64,000 bases of DNA from Macrostomum lignano (taxonomy: Eukaryota). The stretch lies in NCBI GenBank assembly GCA_002269645.1, contig NIVC01001181.1, forward strand, positions 279,387-343,386, read 5' to 3'. The position numbers and the translations under genes were made by a program. The notes beneath the pieces were generated by a model that did no database searches, was not told the DNA's origin, and saw nothing but the letters and a program-made list of their open reading frames with translations. Below, one piece after another: positions 52,416 through 64,000 of this stretch; position 1 is the stretch's first letter; every line of letters starts with the position of its first letter.

Positions 52416-55400
52416 TTCATTGAACAGCCGCGAGCCAGAGCTTTGGGAACTTTCTTGGTTGATAGAAATCTTTGGTTGAAAAGTACAATTGCAATAAAAC
52501 ATGCATATATGACCTATGAAGTCACACCAGCTGTGTGACTTCGTTTTGTGACTCACCCAATCCTTGTGCAACTTAGTTTGCTGCCTTTGTTACTTTGTTT
52601 TTGTTTCTCTTTTTGTTTTGCCTTCTCTTTTTTTGTTTCTTTGTACTGCACTTTCCATTTTACTTTTTCCTATTATCTATCATGGATTTTGTGCATTTCC
52701 TTCTTATCTTTTCTCTTTTTAGACTGTCAATTTTATGATCTTTGGATTGGATTGGACTTTGTAATAGTTGGCTAGCAATGACACATTTGCAATTAAAAAT
52801 AGTTCTCAACTTTAACAGAAGAACAACTAGCATTTATTGATTAAAAAAACAAAATACAGAAAGAAGTGCACTCCTATAAGAAGCAAAGCCTATATTCTTA
52901 ATAAAGAATTAATAATAGTTAAAATTTAAAATATTACTAAAATATTCATGCAATAATTATACTTAAAATATTAGGAAAATTTCATAAGAACAAAACTAGG
53001 CCTATTTGAAAACTCAAAAAGTAATAGAACTTAAACTTTCATTTAGTCCATAAAAGCTAAATAAATGCAAATAGTCTATAAAAATGAGGTCTATAATAAG
53101 AATAAGATCTAGGGAGGGGAGCTTTCATTGTTTTTTTATTTTTCATTTTTATAAAAATTATATAAGTACATATATACAAATTACTAATAATAGGCTATCA
53201 TTAGTAATAAAATTGAGATAGGCCCTATACTATTTAAACAATTAAGATAATTAAATTAGGCCAAATTATACAATTTCCCTTTATATTAAAAATTATTTAG
53301 CTGAGTATTTTTTTAGTTATATAGAATAAAAGTGCCTTGAAGTTATATATATTATATTATAATATTATAACATTTAAACACGATTAAATACTTTTTAAAT
53401 ACTTGTTCTTAAGCCTAATAAAGTCTTTTTAATACATAAATCATGTTACTTAGGCCTAATCTATACTATAGACAAAAGAACAAAATTAAATATTTGAGCA
53501 TTTTATGATTAAGTGTTTAGTCTAGATTCAAAGTCATTATATATCCAATTTATGATTCTTGTAATTATTATATTTATTATTATTATTTATTGATTTAAAA
53601 CTTTTCTAAAGAGAAAATCCTCATTTATAATAATGAAAAAGATTTAAAATGGAATATTTGATAATGATAAATATACTATTACTATCAATATCATAAATGG
53701 GCTAAATTGACAGGCTTTAAACCTGTAAGCATAGCTAAACTATAAATTTGTACATTAATGATTAAGTATACTTCAGTCAGTAAAGTGTGAATATAAATTC
53801 TGGGATAAAAAACTTTCATGTTCAGTTATAAAATAACTGATTTAACTGAACATGAGAGAGCTTTTTGCATAAATACAAAATAATATAGATTGCACAAGCA
53901 TTTATTGATAGATAGTCTGCACACAATTGTAGAGACCAGAAAATGTATAAATTTAAATCTAATTTGAATCTTTGAATCTAATATTTGAATCCAATGATAC
54001 AAGATTAAATAAAAAAATAAATTATGATTACAGATCAATCGAACTGAAAAACAACCGTTCACTTTAATATTCACAGTTACAGGCCAAATATTACATGTTC
54101 TAAGAAAGTCAGAGAAAATTTATTGCACTTGATTTCGTGGAAGTTTAAATATCGCGCTCGATTAAATCAGCTGACCCAATTTCAAAACACACGTACAATA
54201 CAAGCCGGAAAATTTAAGTATTTTGATTGCACAGAGTGCTACCATTATTTAAAAACTATTATGCCAAGCTTAAGTGCTCGCTAAGTAACTAAATAATTTA
54301 CTTAGCAGTTGACTATGCACAGAATAAAGATATTTCCCCCTATTCTTAATGTCTACGATTCGTCTGTATGGGACATTATACTAGTCTACATTTGACAAAA
54401 ATGTGCTTGCAAAATTTTACGTTTTTGTTAATTAAGTTTATAAACTGACCTAACTTGATCGCGTTAGGTCTAAGAATCCTTTATAGCCAGTTATTTATAT
54501 AGCATATTTTCTTACTTAGTTTCGCGGCGCTTCTTTACAACTATTTGCAAATACAGAAGTCTAGCCGCCGATAAAAAAGAAACTTTCTTCTTGAATACTG
54601 CTAGAGTTTAGCTAAAATTTCTTATAAATTTCTACCTAGTAAGCAAAACAGTGAGTTCGGAAAACAAAGACTAAAGTTTTTATAGATCGCATATTAGCAA
54701 ACTGGGTGAATAGTATTATAAAGCATATATATTTATACCAAGTCTGCATTCCATACATAAATATATGTCGGCATGCGAGTGCCATTTCAGATATATATAG
54801 ATTTATTGAAGTTTAGAAAGAGCCGGATATTTCAATTAATTAAAACAAAAATCGCATTCTGGAAGGGAGTCTGCAGGAGGGCACTGAAACAAAGCATTTC
54901 AAGACTACTTTTGTACGTAAAAGCAGTAAAGTTTTAATATTAACATCGCATAAAAAGCAACAGTTGGGAGATAGAGAATGGTGTGCATAACTAAGCAGCT
55001 TAAAGGAGAACAAAAAGACAAGTTTTACTATGACCAAACAAAAACCCTAACAACAGCAGTGTAGTTCACACATTTGGAGGAGTATTACTAGCTAATAGTG
55101 AACAGTATAGTTTATACAGAAAAAAATATGATACGAAAACAGCAGAACTTGACACGTTTCAAATGGAAACTACGAGCGTGTTTCAAATTAAAGTACAACT
55201 AGCTGAAAATTCACTTCCAAGGTAGCTAGACAAGCATACCCGACCCTGAAATTATCTAGTTCTTAATAACAAAACCAGAATTATTTTTATTGCTAAACCT
55301 AAATTTGAAGTTCTGTTTAAAAGAAAGTAAGATAGTTAACTATATAATAAGCCGATATAAGTGAATATTATCAGGAATATTACAATCCCATGAAAACTAC

Positions 55401-55704
55401 AAAAAAGCGACACTGGAAAAGCAAACAATTTAAACAAAAAAAAAACGGAAAAGAAACTATCATCCAAGATCTTGCGATTTAAACCGACCACACTGAAAGC
55501 AAAGACAACGATCATCAGAAATGAATTAATAAATTGACATTAAAAAAACAAAAATAGCAAATTAAATTAAATGAATAACGAAAGCACACAAAGCGACCTT
55601 CGGGAGAGGGAAAGGCAAACTTTAAAATAACTATTTTGTCATTTATATATCCATGAATAAATTTGGATTTAGGAGACAGAAATTTAATTTTGTCTGGTAA
55701 TTCT

Positions 55705-56580
55705 GTGAACTTCCTTATCTAAGTTACCAGAAGTCCACTGTGAACTTCCTTATCTAAGTTACTAGAAGTCCACTGTGAACTTCCTTATCTAAGTTACTAG
55801 AAGTCCACTGTGAACTTCCTTATCTAAGTTACCAGAAGTCCACTGTGAACTTCCTTATCTAAGTTACCAGAAGTCCACTGTGAACTTCCTTATCTAAGTT
55901 ACCAGAAGTCCACTGTGAACTTCCTTATCTAAGTTACCAGAAGTCCACTGTGAACTTCCTTATCTAAGTTACCAGAAGTCCACTGTGAACTTCCTTATCT
56001 AAGTTACCAGAAGTCCACTGTTGAAGCTATCAGAAGTCCTCTACGTAGGCTACCAGAAGTCACTGTTTAAGCTACCAGAAGTCCTCTACTTAGGCTACCA
56101 GTCCTCAGTTGAAGCTACCAGAAGTCCATTGTTTAAGCTACCTGAAGTCCCACTGTTTAAGCTACCAGAAGTCCATTGTTTAAGCTACCAGAAGTCCACT
56201 GTTTAAGCTACCAAAAGTCCACTGTTTAAGCTACCAGAAGTCCTCTATTTAAGCTACTAGAAGTCCTCTACTTAGGCTACTAGAAGTCCTCTATTTAAGC
56301 TACCAGAAGTCCTCTATTTAAGCTACTAGAAGTCCTCTATTTAAGCTACCAGAAGTCCTCTATTTAAGCTACCAGAAGTCCTCTATTTAAGCTACCAGAA
56401 GTCCTCTATTTAAGCTACCAGAAGTCCTCTATTTAAGCTACCAGAAGTCCTCTATTTAAGCTACCAGAAGTCCTCTATTTAAGCTACCAGAAGTCCTCTA
56501 TTTAAGCTACCAGAAGTCCTCTATTTAAGCTACCAGAAGTCCTCTATTTATGCTACCAGAAGTTCTCCATTTAAGCTACC
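55705..56580. repeat. 35-bp minisatellite (GTGAACTTCCTTATCTAAGTTACCAGAAGTCCACT) grading into 23-bp (GCTACCAGAAGTCCTCTATTTAA)
   Basis: About 9 copies, a transitional zone, then about 15 copies. Shared core ACCAGAAGTCC. Confidence 0.9.
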
Positions 56581-56887
56581 AAAAATCCTATTTTGAAGCC
56601 AAAATCCTAAAGTTCTCTACATAAGCCACGCTAGCACAACCATTGGGTCCTTGACTTATTAAGCTATGACGTCACTCATGTCAAGCAGCTAAGCTAAGCT
56701 TTAACGCACTAACTGAGCGCAAGTTTTCAGAGCCTAAATAATTATTTTAAGCAGTTTAATTCAGACCAGACGAAAACAAGCATAGATGTCAGAAAAGTTG
56801 CCACATTGTCTATAAATGAATGATAATGATGAACTCTTACTGCTGAGTAGAAATCTCCAATCTCCACCCGATTATCAGAGCAGAGCT

Positions 56888-59800
56888 CTAGCTGTGCTTA
56901 GAGCAGCCAGGCTGACCAGAGTCGTACGAAGAAGCGGCGGCGCCCTGTCCCTCGGAGCTGTCCCTCCGCATAGATTCGTAATAGTGCAGAGTGGACTCCG
57001 CCAGCGCCCTGGCCAGTATGGCGTTCTCGTCCCAGTCTGACATCTCGGCTGGCAGGTAGTCGACAAGATTCGTCGCCGGCATTGGCATTGTCGACGATGA
57101 ACGAGCTGCGGGAGACGCCGACGCCGTCGACGCCGCGGCCGCCAATCCGGCATCGGCGAAGTCGCCAACAACTGCGGCGGCGGAGGCGCCGATCGAAGTT
57201 GGCGGCGGAGGAGTTCGCGGAGAGCCGACAACGGCAGCAGCGGAGATCGGAGGGGAGCCCCGAGGCGACAGGGGCAGCAGCTGGTGCTGCTGCTGCTTCG
57301 AACGGGGGCTTCGCCTGCCAGTGCCGGCTGCGAAGCCGCCGCCTCCGACACCCACCCCACTACCGCCTCCGCCGCAGGCGGCAGCGGATGACGCATTCGA
57401 GCCTTTATATGGTTGGATGGAAATTGAATTTGGTTTGTACCTTTGAGCAATGACTCATTACTGTCTTCGACTGTCTGCCTGAAAGCGTTTTAGTCTGTTT
57501 AATTGTGGGTCTGTCTGTCTGTCTGCCTTACATTCAGCTTACAGTCATCGCAAGACGCACACGGGCAGACAGACAGACACAAACAGACAGGCAGACAGAC
57601 ACAAGCAGACAGACAGACACAGACAGGCAGACAGACAGCACGGACAGACACAGACAGGCAGACAGACAGCACGGACAGACACAGACAGACAGATAGACAG
57701 ACAGAAATACAAAGCAAAATCTATTGCGGATCAGGACAAACATGAAAACTGCAGCACGAACCTCCGAGCCGGGAATTCACGTATTCCTTGTAGCTCTCCT
57801 CCGCAATCTGATTCTCAATCTGGCTCTGCATTAAATCCCAATCAGTATCGCGCATTTTATCTTTCAGCATGGCCTCCTCAATTTGATTCTCTTCTGATCG
57901 TTTGATCGCCTCAGACAGCAGCTGCTTGTCGGCCAGGCCGGGTTCGAACTCCGGCAGCCCGAGGCCGATGCCGACAGTGGCGGAGTACGGCTCCCTGATC
58001 GAATTGTAGTGAACGCTGCCGTGATAGCTCAGCCGGATGGGCGGATAATCGGTCTTGTATTCGCCGTGAAACACGTTGCGAGGCTCTGCGGAGTAGGTTA
58101 ATTAATTAACAAGATCGAATATTATACGGATTAATTATCACGCAATGGCACACCAATCAGATTTAGATTGCATTAGGGGAATCCCTGTTTATTGTACCTT
58201 AATCACTCAGATGTACATTGAATAAGGGGAATCCCCTGCGTATTCTAAGCCAACCAATCAGATGTTCATTGAATAAGGGGAATCCCCTGCGTATTCTAAG
58301 CCAACCAATCAGATGTTCATTGAATAAGGGGAATCCCCTGCGTATTCTAAGTCAACCAATCAGATGTGCATTAAATAAGGGGAATCCCCTGCGTATTCTA
58401 AGCCAACCAATCAGATGTGCATTGAATAAAGGGAATCCCCTGCGTATTCTAAGCCAACCAATCAGATGTGCATTGAATAAGGGGAATCCCCTGCGTATTC
58501 TAAGCCAACCAATCAGATGTAGATTGAATAAGGGGAATCCCTGTTTATGGTACGCCTTGAATCACTCAGATGTACATTGAATAAGGGGAATCCCGCTTAT
58601 TGCACGTCAACCAATCAGATATACATTGAATAAAGGGAATCCCCTATTTATTGCACGAAAACCAAGCAGATGTACATTGAAGAAGGGGAATCCCTGGTTA
58701 TTGTTACTTTGAACAGCCGCTAAACAATCTGATTAAATTGCAAAGGCAATGTCTAGCGACTGTTTAGTGTTTTTAGACTCAATGCTCGCGTAGTGATTTA
58801 TTTTTTAAACTATGAAAATGAATAAAAAGCATAAACAATTCGCACCGATATCGTAGTAGTAGATTTCAATCGGTCTGTTATAGACTTCGGCCAGAGCTTG
58901 AATCTCCAAATGGTTGCCATGGCAATGCACGTTGCGCTTTCTAGCGATGTACTTGGCAAAGTCCTCCGTGACGTACTGGGAGAAGTGCTCCTCGTTCTTG
59001 CTCATGTAGTTTAGGCAGTTTGTGCGGACCTGTTTTGTGAGAATGCATTGCGATTCATTGGTTTTCTAAGTAGACTGTTTGCCCCTTAACAAGCGGCCAT
59101 CCAGGAACTGAGGATCTGGGAGGCTCAGCCACAAACTGAGGTTTAGAGGCTGGCCCAGCAGCTGAGGATCTGGGAGGCTGGCCAAGCAGCTGAGGATCTG
59201 GGAGGCTGACTCAGCAACTGAGGATCTGGGAGGCTGGCCCAGCAACTGAGGATCTGGGAGGCTCAGCCACAAACTGAGGTTTAGAGGCTGGCCCAGCAGC
59301 TGAGGATCTGGGAGGCTGGCCCAGCAGCTGAGGATCTGGGAGGCTGGCCCAGCAGCTGAGGATCTGGGAGGCTGACTCAGCAACTGAGGATCTGGGAGGC
59401 TGGCCCAGCAACTGAGGATCTGGGAGGCTCAGCCACAAACTGAGGTTTAGAGGCTGGCCCAGCAGCTGAGGATCTGGGAGGCTGGCCCAGCAGCTGAGGA
59501 TCTGGGAGGCTGGCCCAGCAACTGAGGATCTGGGAGGCTGGCCCAGCAACTGAGGATCTGGGAGGCTGGCCCAGCAGCTGAGGATCTGGGAGGCTGGCCC
59601 AGCAACTGAGGATCTGGGAGGCTGGCCCAGTAACTGAGGATCTGGGAGGCTGGCCCAGCAACTGAGGATCTGGGAGGCTGGCCCAGTAACTGAGGCTCTG
59701 GGAAGCTGGCCCAGCAACTGGGAATCTGGGAGGCTGGCTAGAAAGCTACCCATGCTAATAAGCGCCATATTTGAATGCACCCAGCAAATACACAGAGCCG

Positions 59801-62800
59801 CACCTCGTCATGCATTTCCTGGTCACCATAAATCTGGTCCGCAACAGCCCTGAACAGGCAGGCGCCATCGCTGGCCATCTGCTTGATGCACCAGCCTTTC
59901 TTTTCCATCATCTGGGCGAATTTTTCTTCATCCTGTGGGAAAAAGGGATATAGTGAACAGGTTGTGTCAAAAAAATTAGAAAATAAAGCATGAAAAAATA
60001 ATTTACCACATAAATAGTACACTTAAGATTAAAAGTTGGATGGGTTTAATATTTTTTGATGTGTTTGGATTTAATTATAGTTATTTCATAGTTATAGTTA
60101 AGATCATGTTAGATTATTTTTGTTTTTTTAAATAATAAAAGACCTAAGACTTTATTGTTAGACAAAATAGTCTAAGTCTTAGATAAAATTTTAGTTACAT
60201 TTTGTCAGTTCCAAATTTGAATTTTTTTCAAAGGCTGTCATAGCAAGCCAAATCTAAAGATAAAATTGATTAAAAATATATATGAAACACTATAGTATAT
60301 CTAGCCTTTATAATATAGAATATTTTGTTGTGTACAACTTTCTTAGAAAATATAGTACTTATTCAAATGTCTGCCAAACAGTAATAATTTTGTTTAAGTG
60401 CTATGCACTCAAATAATATTCTACAAAATTAAAAAGTTTGTTATAAATACATTGCCTGATTGGTATAAATAGGAGCCCAGAATGGGCCAGGAAAAGCAAC
60501 TGCTCGCTTGCTCAAGTAAGATCGTGACAATTAGTCCACTCAAAAAAAATCCTAAGCATTTTTACTTGGCTTATTCATTTCTATAGTATTAAGCCCCTTG
60601 TTGGGAGTATCAGAAACCACTAAAAGCAAGAATCACCTCAGGGCAGAAAAGCACTATAGAGTAGTAAGATCGCCACAGGGCAGGAAAAGTGCCTCAGGGA
60701 AAATGCACAAGGCTGTGACCCTCTGATCCAGGGAATGCCCAGGACTGAGAGAAAACTTATAGGAATAAATAGAGTAGACAATGCCATTAGACCACTCAGG
60801 CCAGAGAGTACAATACATGTACAGATGCTACCAATAAGATAAGTAGATGCTACCAATATAGAAGTAAATAGAGAAGTAGTCACATTACCAATAAGTATAA
60901 GAACATTGATACAAAAGTACATTAATAGAGAGAAGTTTAACCCTGCAACAACAGCTTTGGAACCAGAAAATAGGAGTTAGAAAGTAGCCTACCCTACAAC
61001 AGCTGGTAACTCAGTGATAGGATATTTGTAAGGACAGGAGAAAGAGGCCTATCACATATTAATAATAGATAAATTAAAGACTTTTAATACAAATGGGCCT
61101 AACTTGCCTAAAGCATAGGTTTAAATCTAATTTTTTGTTTATTGAAAAAACTATTGACATTCATTCTATTTTATTGTAATTTGATTTTTTTGGAAAAGTA
61201 TACTTAATAGGTACTAAGTAGAATATATATTTATATATATTATATAAAGATAACTTATCATCCTTTAAGGTTGGACAATATTTCAATCTCACAACTGATG
61301 TTTGAGATTGTGACTTGTGATTTAATTTAAATTTTAAAAAGTGACAAGAATCCAAGATAAAAAACACATTTTTGTAAAGGGAAGTAACAATATGTAAATT
61401 AGTAAAATAAGGAATAAATGCATAGCCAGAAATATAATTGTAATTTTATTCTTTCTTTTCAGATTGTTAGATAAGAATAACTAGGCTAATATTATAATCT
61501 ATTACATTATTGCAATCAATTGTAAAATAATATACAAGTTGACTTATTATGATTTTGCAAATACTAATATAATCTTATCATTAGAAAATACATTTAATAG
61601 TAGAGGTCGGACAGGATCCTGATCCCGATCTCGAAATCTCAGGATCCCGAAGAAAATTGAATTCCCATGGGACCAGAATCCTGACCCTTAAAACTCAAGA
61701 TTTGGAAATAGGTCTTTTGATTAAAAATTTATAGAATTAGTGATTACTTAAGGTATTTTGCTTCAACTTGTACTCGTTACATTATTTACTTTGTTGGTTA
61801 CAAAACTTCATATCAATTTTGTTGTGTTTTACTTTTTGATCTTGACAATCTTTTTTCAATTTTGTTTAACTTTACATGGACAATACACTAAAAAAACCTG
61901 ATCCGATTCTTGAATCCCGATCCCAATCCAAGAAAATAATTATTCCCAATCCCGATCCAGCCCGAAGATTTCAATCCTATCTGACCTCTACTCAATAGAC
62001 ATTAACTTTTGAGGTTAAATACAATGCTTTTCATTTTATAGTTATTGTTTATTGCCTCACTTATAATAATAAATTCAAATAAATACTTGAAAATTCAAAT
62101 GAGTGTAACAAATACTTTTTTTAATATTAGGCCCTACCCTATTATTATTAGATTTTATGCAAGTTTCAAAATAAATAAATTCCAAAGTCTTAAAGTTGCA
62201 ATTGAATCTTATATTGTATTCTTTATAATATCAAATCTGAAAAATCTCAAAATTCTATATTGGCCTAGCCTAGGCCTAATTATCTAATAAAAAATGTTGA
62301 ATATACTAATAAAACTTAATAAAACTATACTATACTTTAAAACTTGAAATGAAAAAAACTAAATTAATTGCTTACCTCAATAGTTTTCCTAGTGATATTG
62401 CCATAGTATTCATCTTCACTATTATTATCATCAGAGTTGCAAATGTCTTCTGAGCTGATGAGCCAGGCAGAAGGGCCTGTGGATGAGATGACTGATATAA
62501 TCCTTGATGGGCAGGAAGCCCACAAGAAGCACCTTGCTGACTAGGTGGAAAATTTTTTCAGAAAAGCCAGGAGACAAGCACCTCTTTTTGGCATGACAAC
62601 CACTTTCCAAATCATACTGAGCTGATGGCCTCTCTTTTCTGGAGCCTATAACATTTCTTTCATGGCGAACATTCATAGAAGAGCTTGATGTGGCCAGACC
62701 TATCGCCAAATGGCTGTCTGTAGGCCTCGGCGTTTGGCAATTCCGCAAAATTGTGCGACTGCGGTTGAAAGCCACTCGGTGATGATGTCCATGCCCATGA

Positions 62801-62992
62801 ATAACATCAGACAAGTTTCCAGAGCGATGATCTATCTCAGGGTGTGGCATGCGGCTGGTTCTTGGCCAAAATCTGGTGAAGGATATTCAGAATAACCTGC
62901 AGCCTGAGACGAGGAAGCACCATGAGCATGATGGCGATGCTCGCGTTGCTCATTTCTTTCCTTGTGTGCCTTCTTTTTAGGCAAATGGTCAT
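56888..62992 (-). CDS. OTUD5: OTU-domain deubiquitinase OTUD5/DUBA orthologue; exons 62992-62376, 59932-59804, 59029-58846, 58085-57762, 57402-56888
   Basis: Catalytic loop [41 protein letters not shown] His loop, [18 protein letters not shown], and C-terminal [17 protein letters not shown]. Exon 1 ends [16 protein letters not shown] (the OTUD5 activating phosphosite motif) and starts ATGACCATTTGCCTAAAAAGAAG (MTILPKKK with one T missing). All junctions are GT-AG and phase-compatible. Exon 1 has 3 or more indels. Confidence 0.9.
57505..57705. repeat. Degenerate (CAGA)n in OTUD5 intron 4
   Basis: Interrupted GACA repeats. Confidence 0.85.
58150..58700. repeat. Intronic 51-bp minisatellite with CCAATCAG and palindrome AGGGGAATCCCCT
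   Basis: (CATTGAATAAGGGGAATCCCCTGCGTATTCTAAGCCAACCAATCAGATGTG) about 7 near-perfect copies plus degenerate flanking copies. Confidence 0.95.
59105..59737. repeat. Intronic 28-bp minisatellite (CTGAGGATCTGGGAGGCTGGCCCAGCAG)n with higher-order variants
   Basis: About 22 units. The variant block CAGCCACAAACTGAGGTTTAGAGG recurs three times. Confidence 0.95.
61601..61990. mobile_element. Non-autonomous hAT-type MITE, 390 bp, in OTUD5 intron 1
   Basis: 18-bp TIR TAGAGGTCGGACAGGATC / AATCCTATCTGACCTCTA (3 mismatches), degenerate 8-bp TSD TTTAATAG / CTCAATAG, and subterminal (A)TCCCGA repeats. Confidence 0.75.
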
Positions 62993-63699
62993 TTTGCTGC
63001 TGACACTAGCTGATGAGAATGAATCAGTTAGACGAGATGACGAATTATCGTCTGAAGCGTCAAATTGACTGCGAGATGAATTTGGTCGAGTGCGCCTCCT
63101 TTGATTTGATCTTGGTTTTCTTCGTTAGAGTTACGATCAGGGCCAGGCCCGGATGATTCAGTAGTGAGTTGCGATAGGGTAATCAGAATATTTTCAAACA
63201 AATTGTTCAGTGAATCTGGATCAAATGATGCACCTTCTAACTCCTTACTATCTTCGTCTTCGATTCCAACCATTTAATTCGTGCACCCATTGACAACGAA
63301 AAACAGGTGTACAGGTATAGTTGAAAAAGTATTTGACCTCTACGTGAGTTTTTATATTAATATAAATAATCAGCTGATTCTGATAAAAAAATTTAATAGC
63401 AAGTGTTTTAATTTTAATTAAAAGTCTGGAATGTTTTATTAATTGTAAAATTCTTTATATTACAAAGATTTCACGAAAATGAAAAATACCTCAGAAAACC
63501 TTTGTTTTACTGTACCAAAAAATTACAGATAATCAATATTGCCTAATTAATAACTATCATATGCCAAATCAATATTGGATTACAACTCGGGGAATCTTTC
63601 CTTCCTCCTTTAATTCAAAATTTATCCTTGTGATTAAGCAGTTTGCTTTCACATCCTTGATAGAAGGCATGAGGGGGCTTCTGGGACAAAATTTTTCAC

Positions 63700-63915
63700 G
63701 TCCTCCATAATCCACCTAAATCCATCCATATTATCCCTGACAGAATCAGAAAAAAAGGGGGTCGCACTCGCTCACAAAACGTCCTCCATAATCCCATTAA
63801 ATCCATCCATATTATCCCCGACAGAATCATGAAAAAAGTGGAGGGGTCGCACTTGCTCCGAAAACTTCGAACATAATCGTATTAAATCCATCCATATTAT
63901 CCCTGACAGAATCAG
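63700..63915. repeat. Degenerate ~80-100-bp tandem repeat (AAATCCATCCATATTATCCCTGACAGAATCA core)
   Basis: About 2.5 copies. Confidence 0.75.
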
Positions 63916-64000
63916 TGCATAACAGGTTCCACTAACACCTGTTATGCTCATTGACACTGACATAATCCACTAACATCACCACAGAAACAATCAGAAAATA

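Noticed and set aside
63028-63273. 81-aa minus-strand ORF upstream of OTUD5 (MVGIEDED...)
   Set aside because: No recognisable homology. It lies in the probable 5' UTR or upstream region of an indel-prone segment, and the conserved OTUD5 start is at 62992.

Overview
Eukaryotic (animal) genomic DNA. GC-rich exons, minisatellite-packed introns and the LINE family present resemble a Macrostomum-type flatworm; this is an unverified inference. The left half holds a cluster of five two-exon CYP2-clan cytochrome P450 genes: three intact (11977-13607 minus, 20136-21992 plus, 30908-32592 plus), one with a single frameshift (16935-18591 plus) and one multiply disabled pseudogene (9389-11011 plus). Their second exons are all 675 bp (677 in the pseudogene) and are nearly identical even at synonymous sites. 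First exons, introns and flanks are deeply diverged, and the remaining exon-2 differences concentrate at substrate-recognition sites and sort in a block-by-block patchwork. This is the most interesting signal: apparent ongoing gene conversion that keeps a constant catalytic scaffold while shuffling specificity cassettes. The right half holds a multi-exon beta-propeller-like SOCS-box gene (35095-39734 minus, possibly starting at 50981) and OTUD5 (56888-62992 minus; exon 1 carries several indels). The window also has two truncated RTE-like LINE copies, two hAT-type MITEs and about 25 micro- or minisatellite arrays. No rRNA, tRNA or CRISPR array was found.
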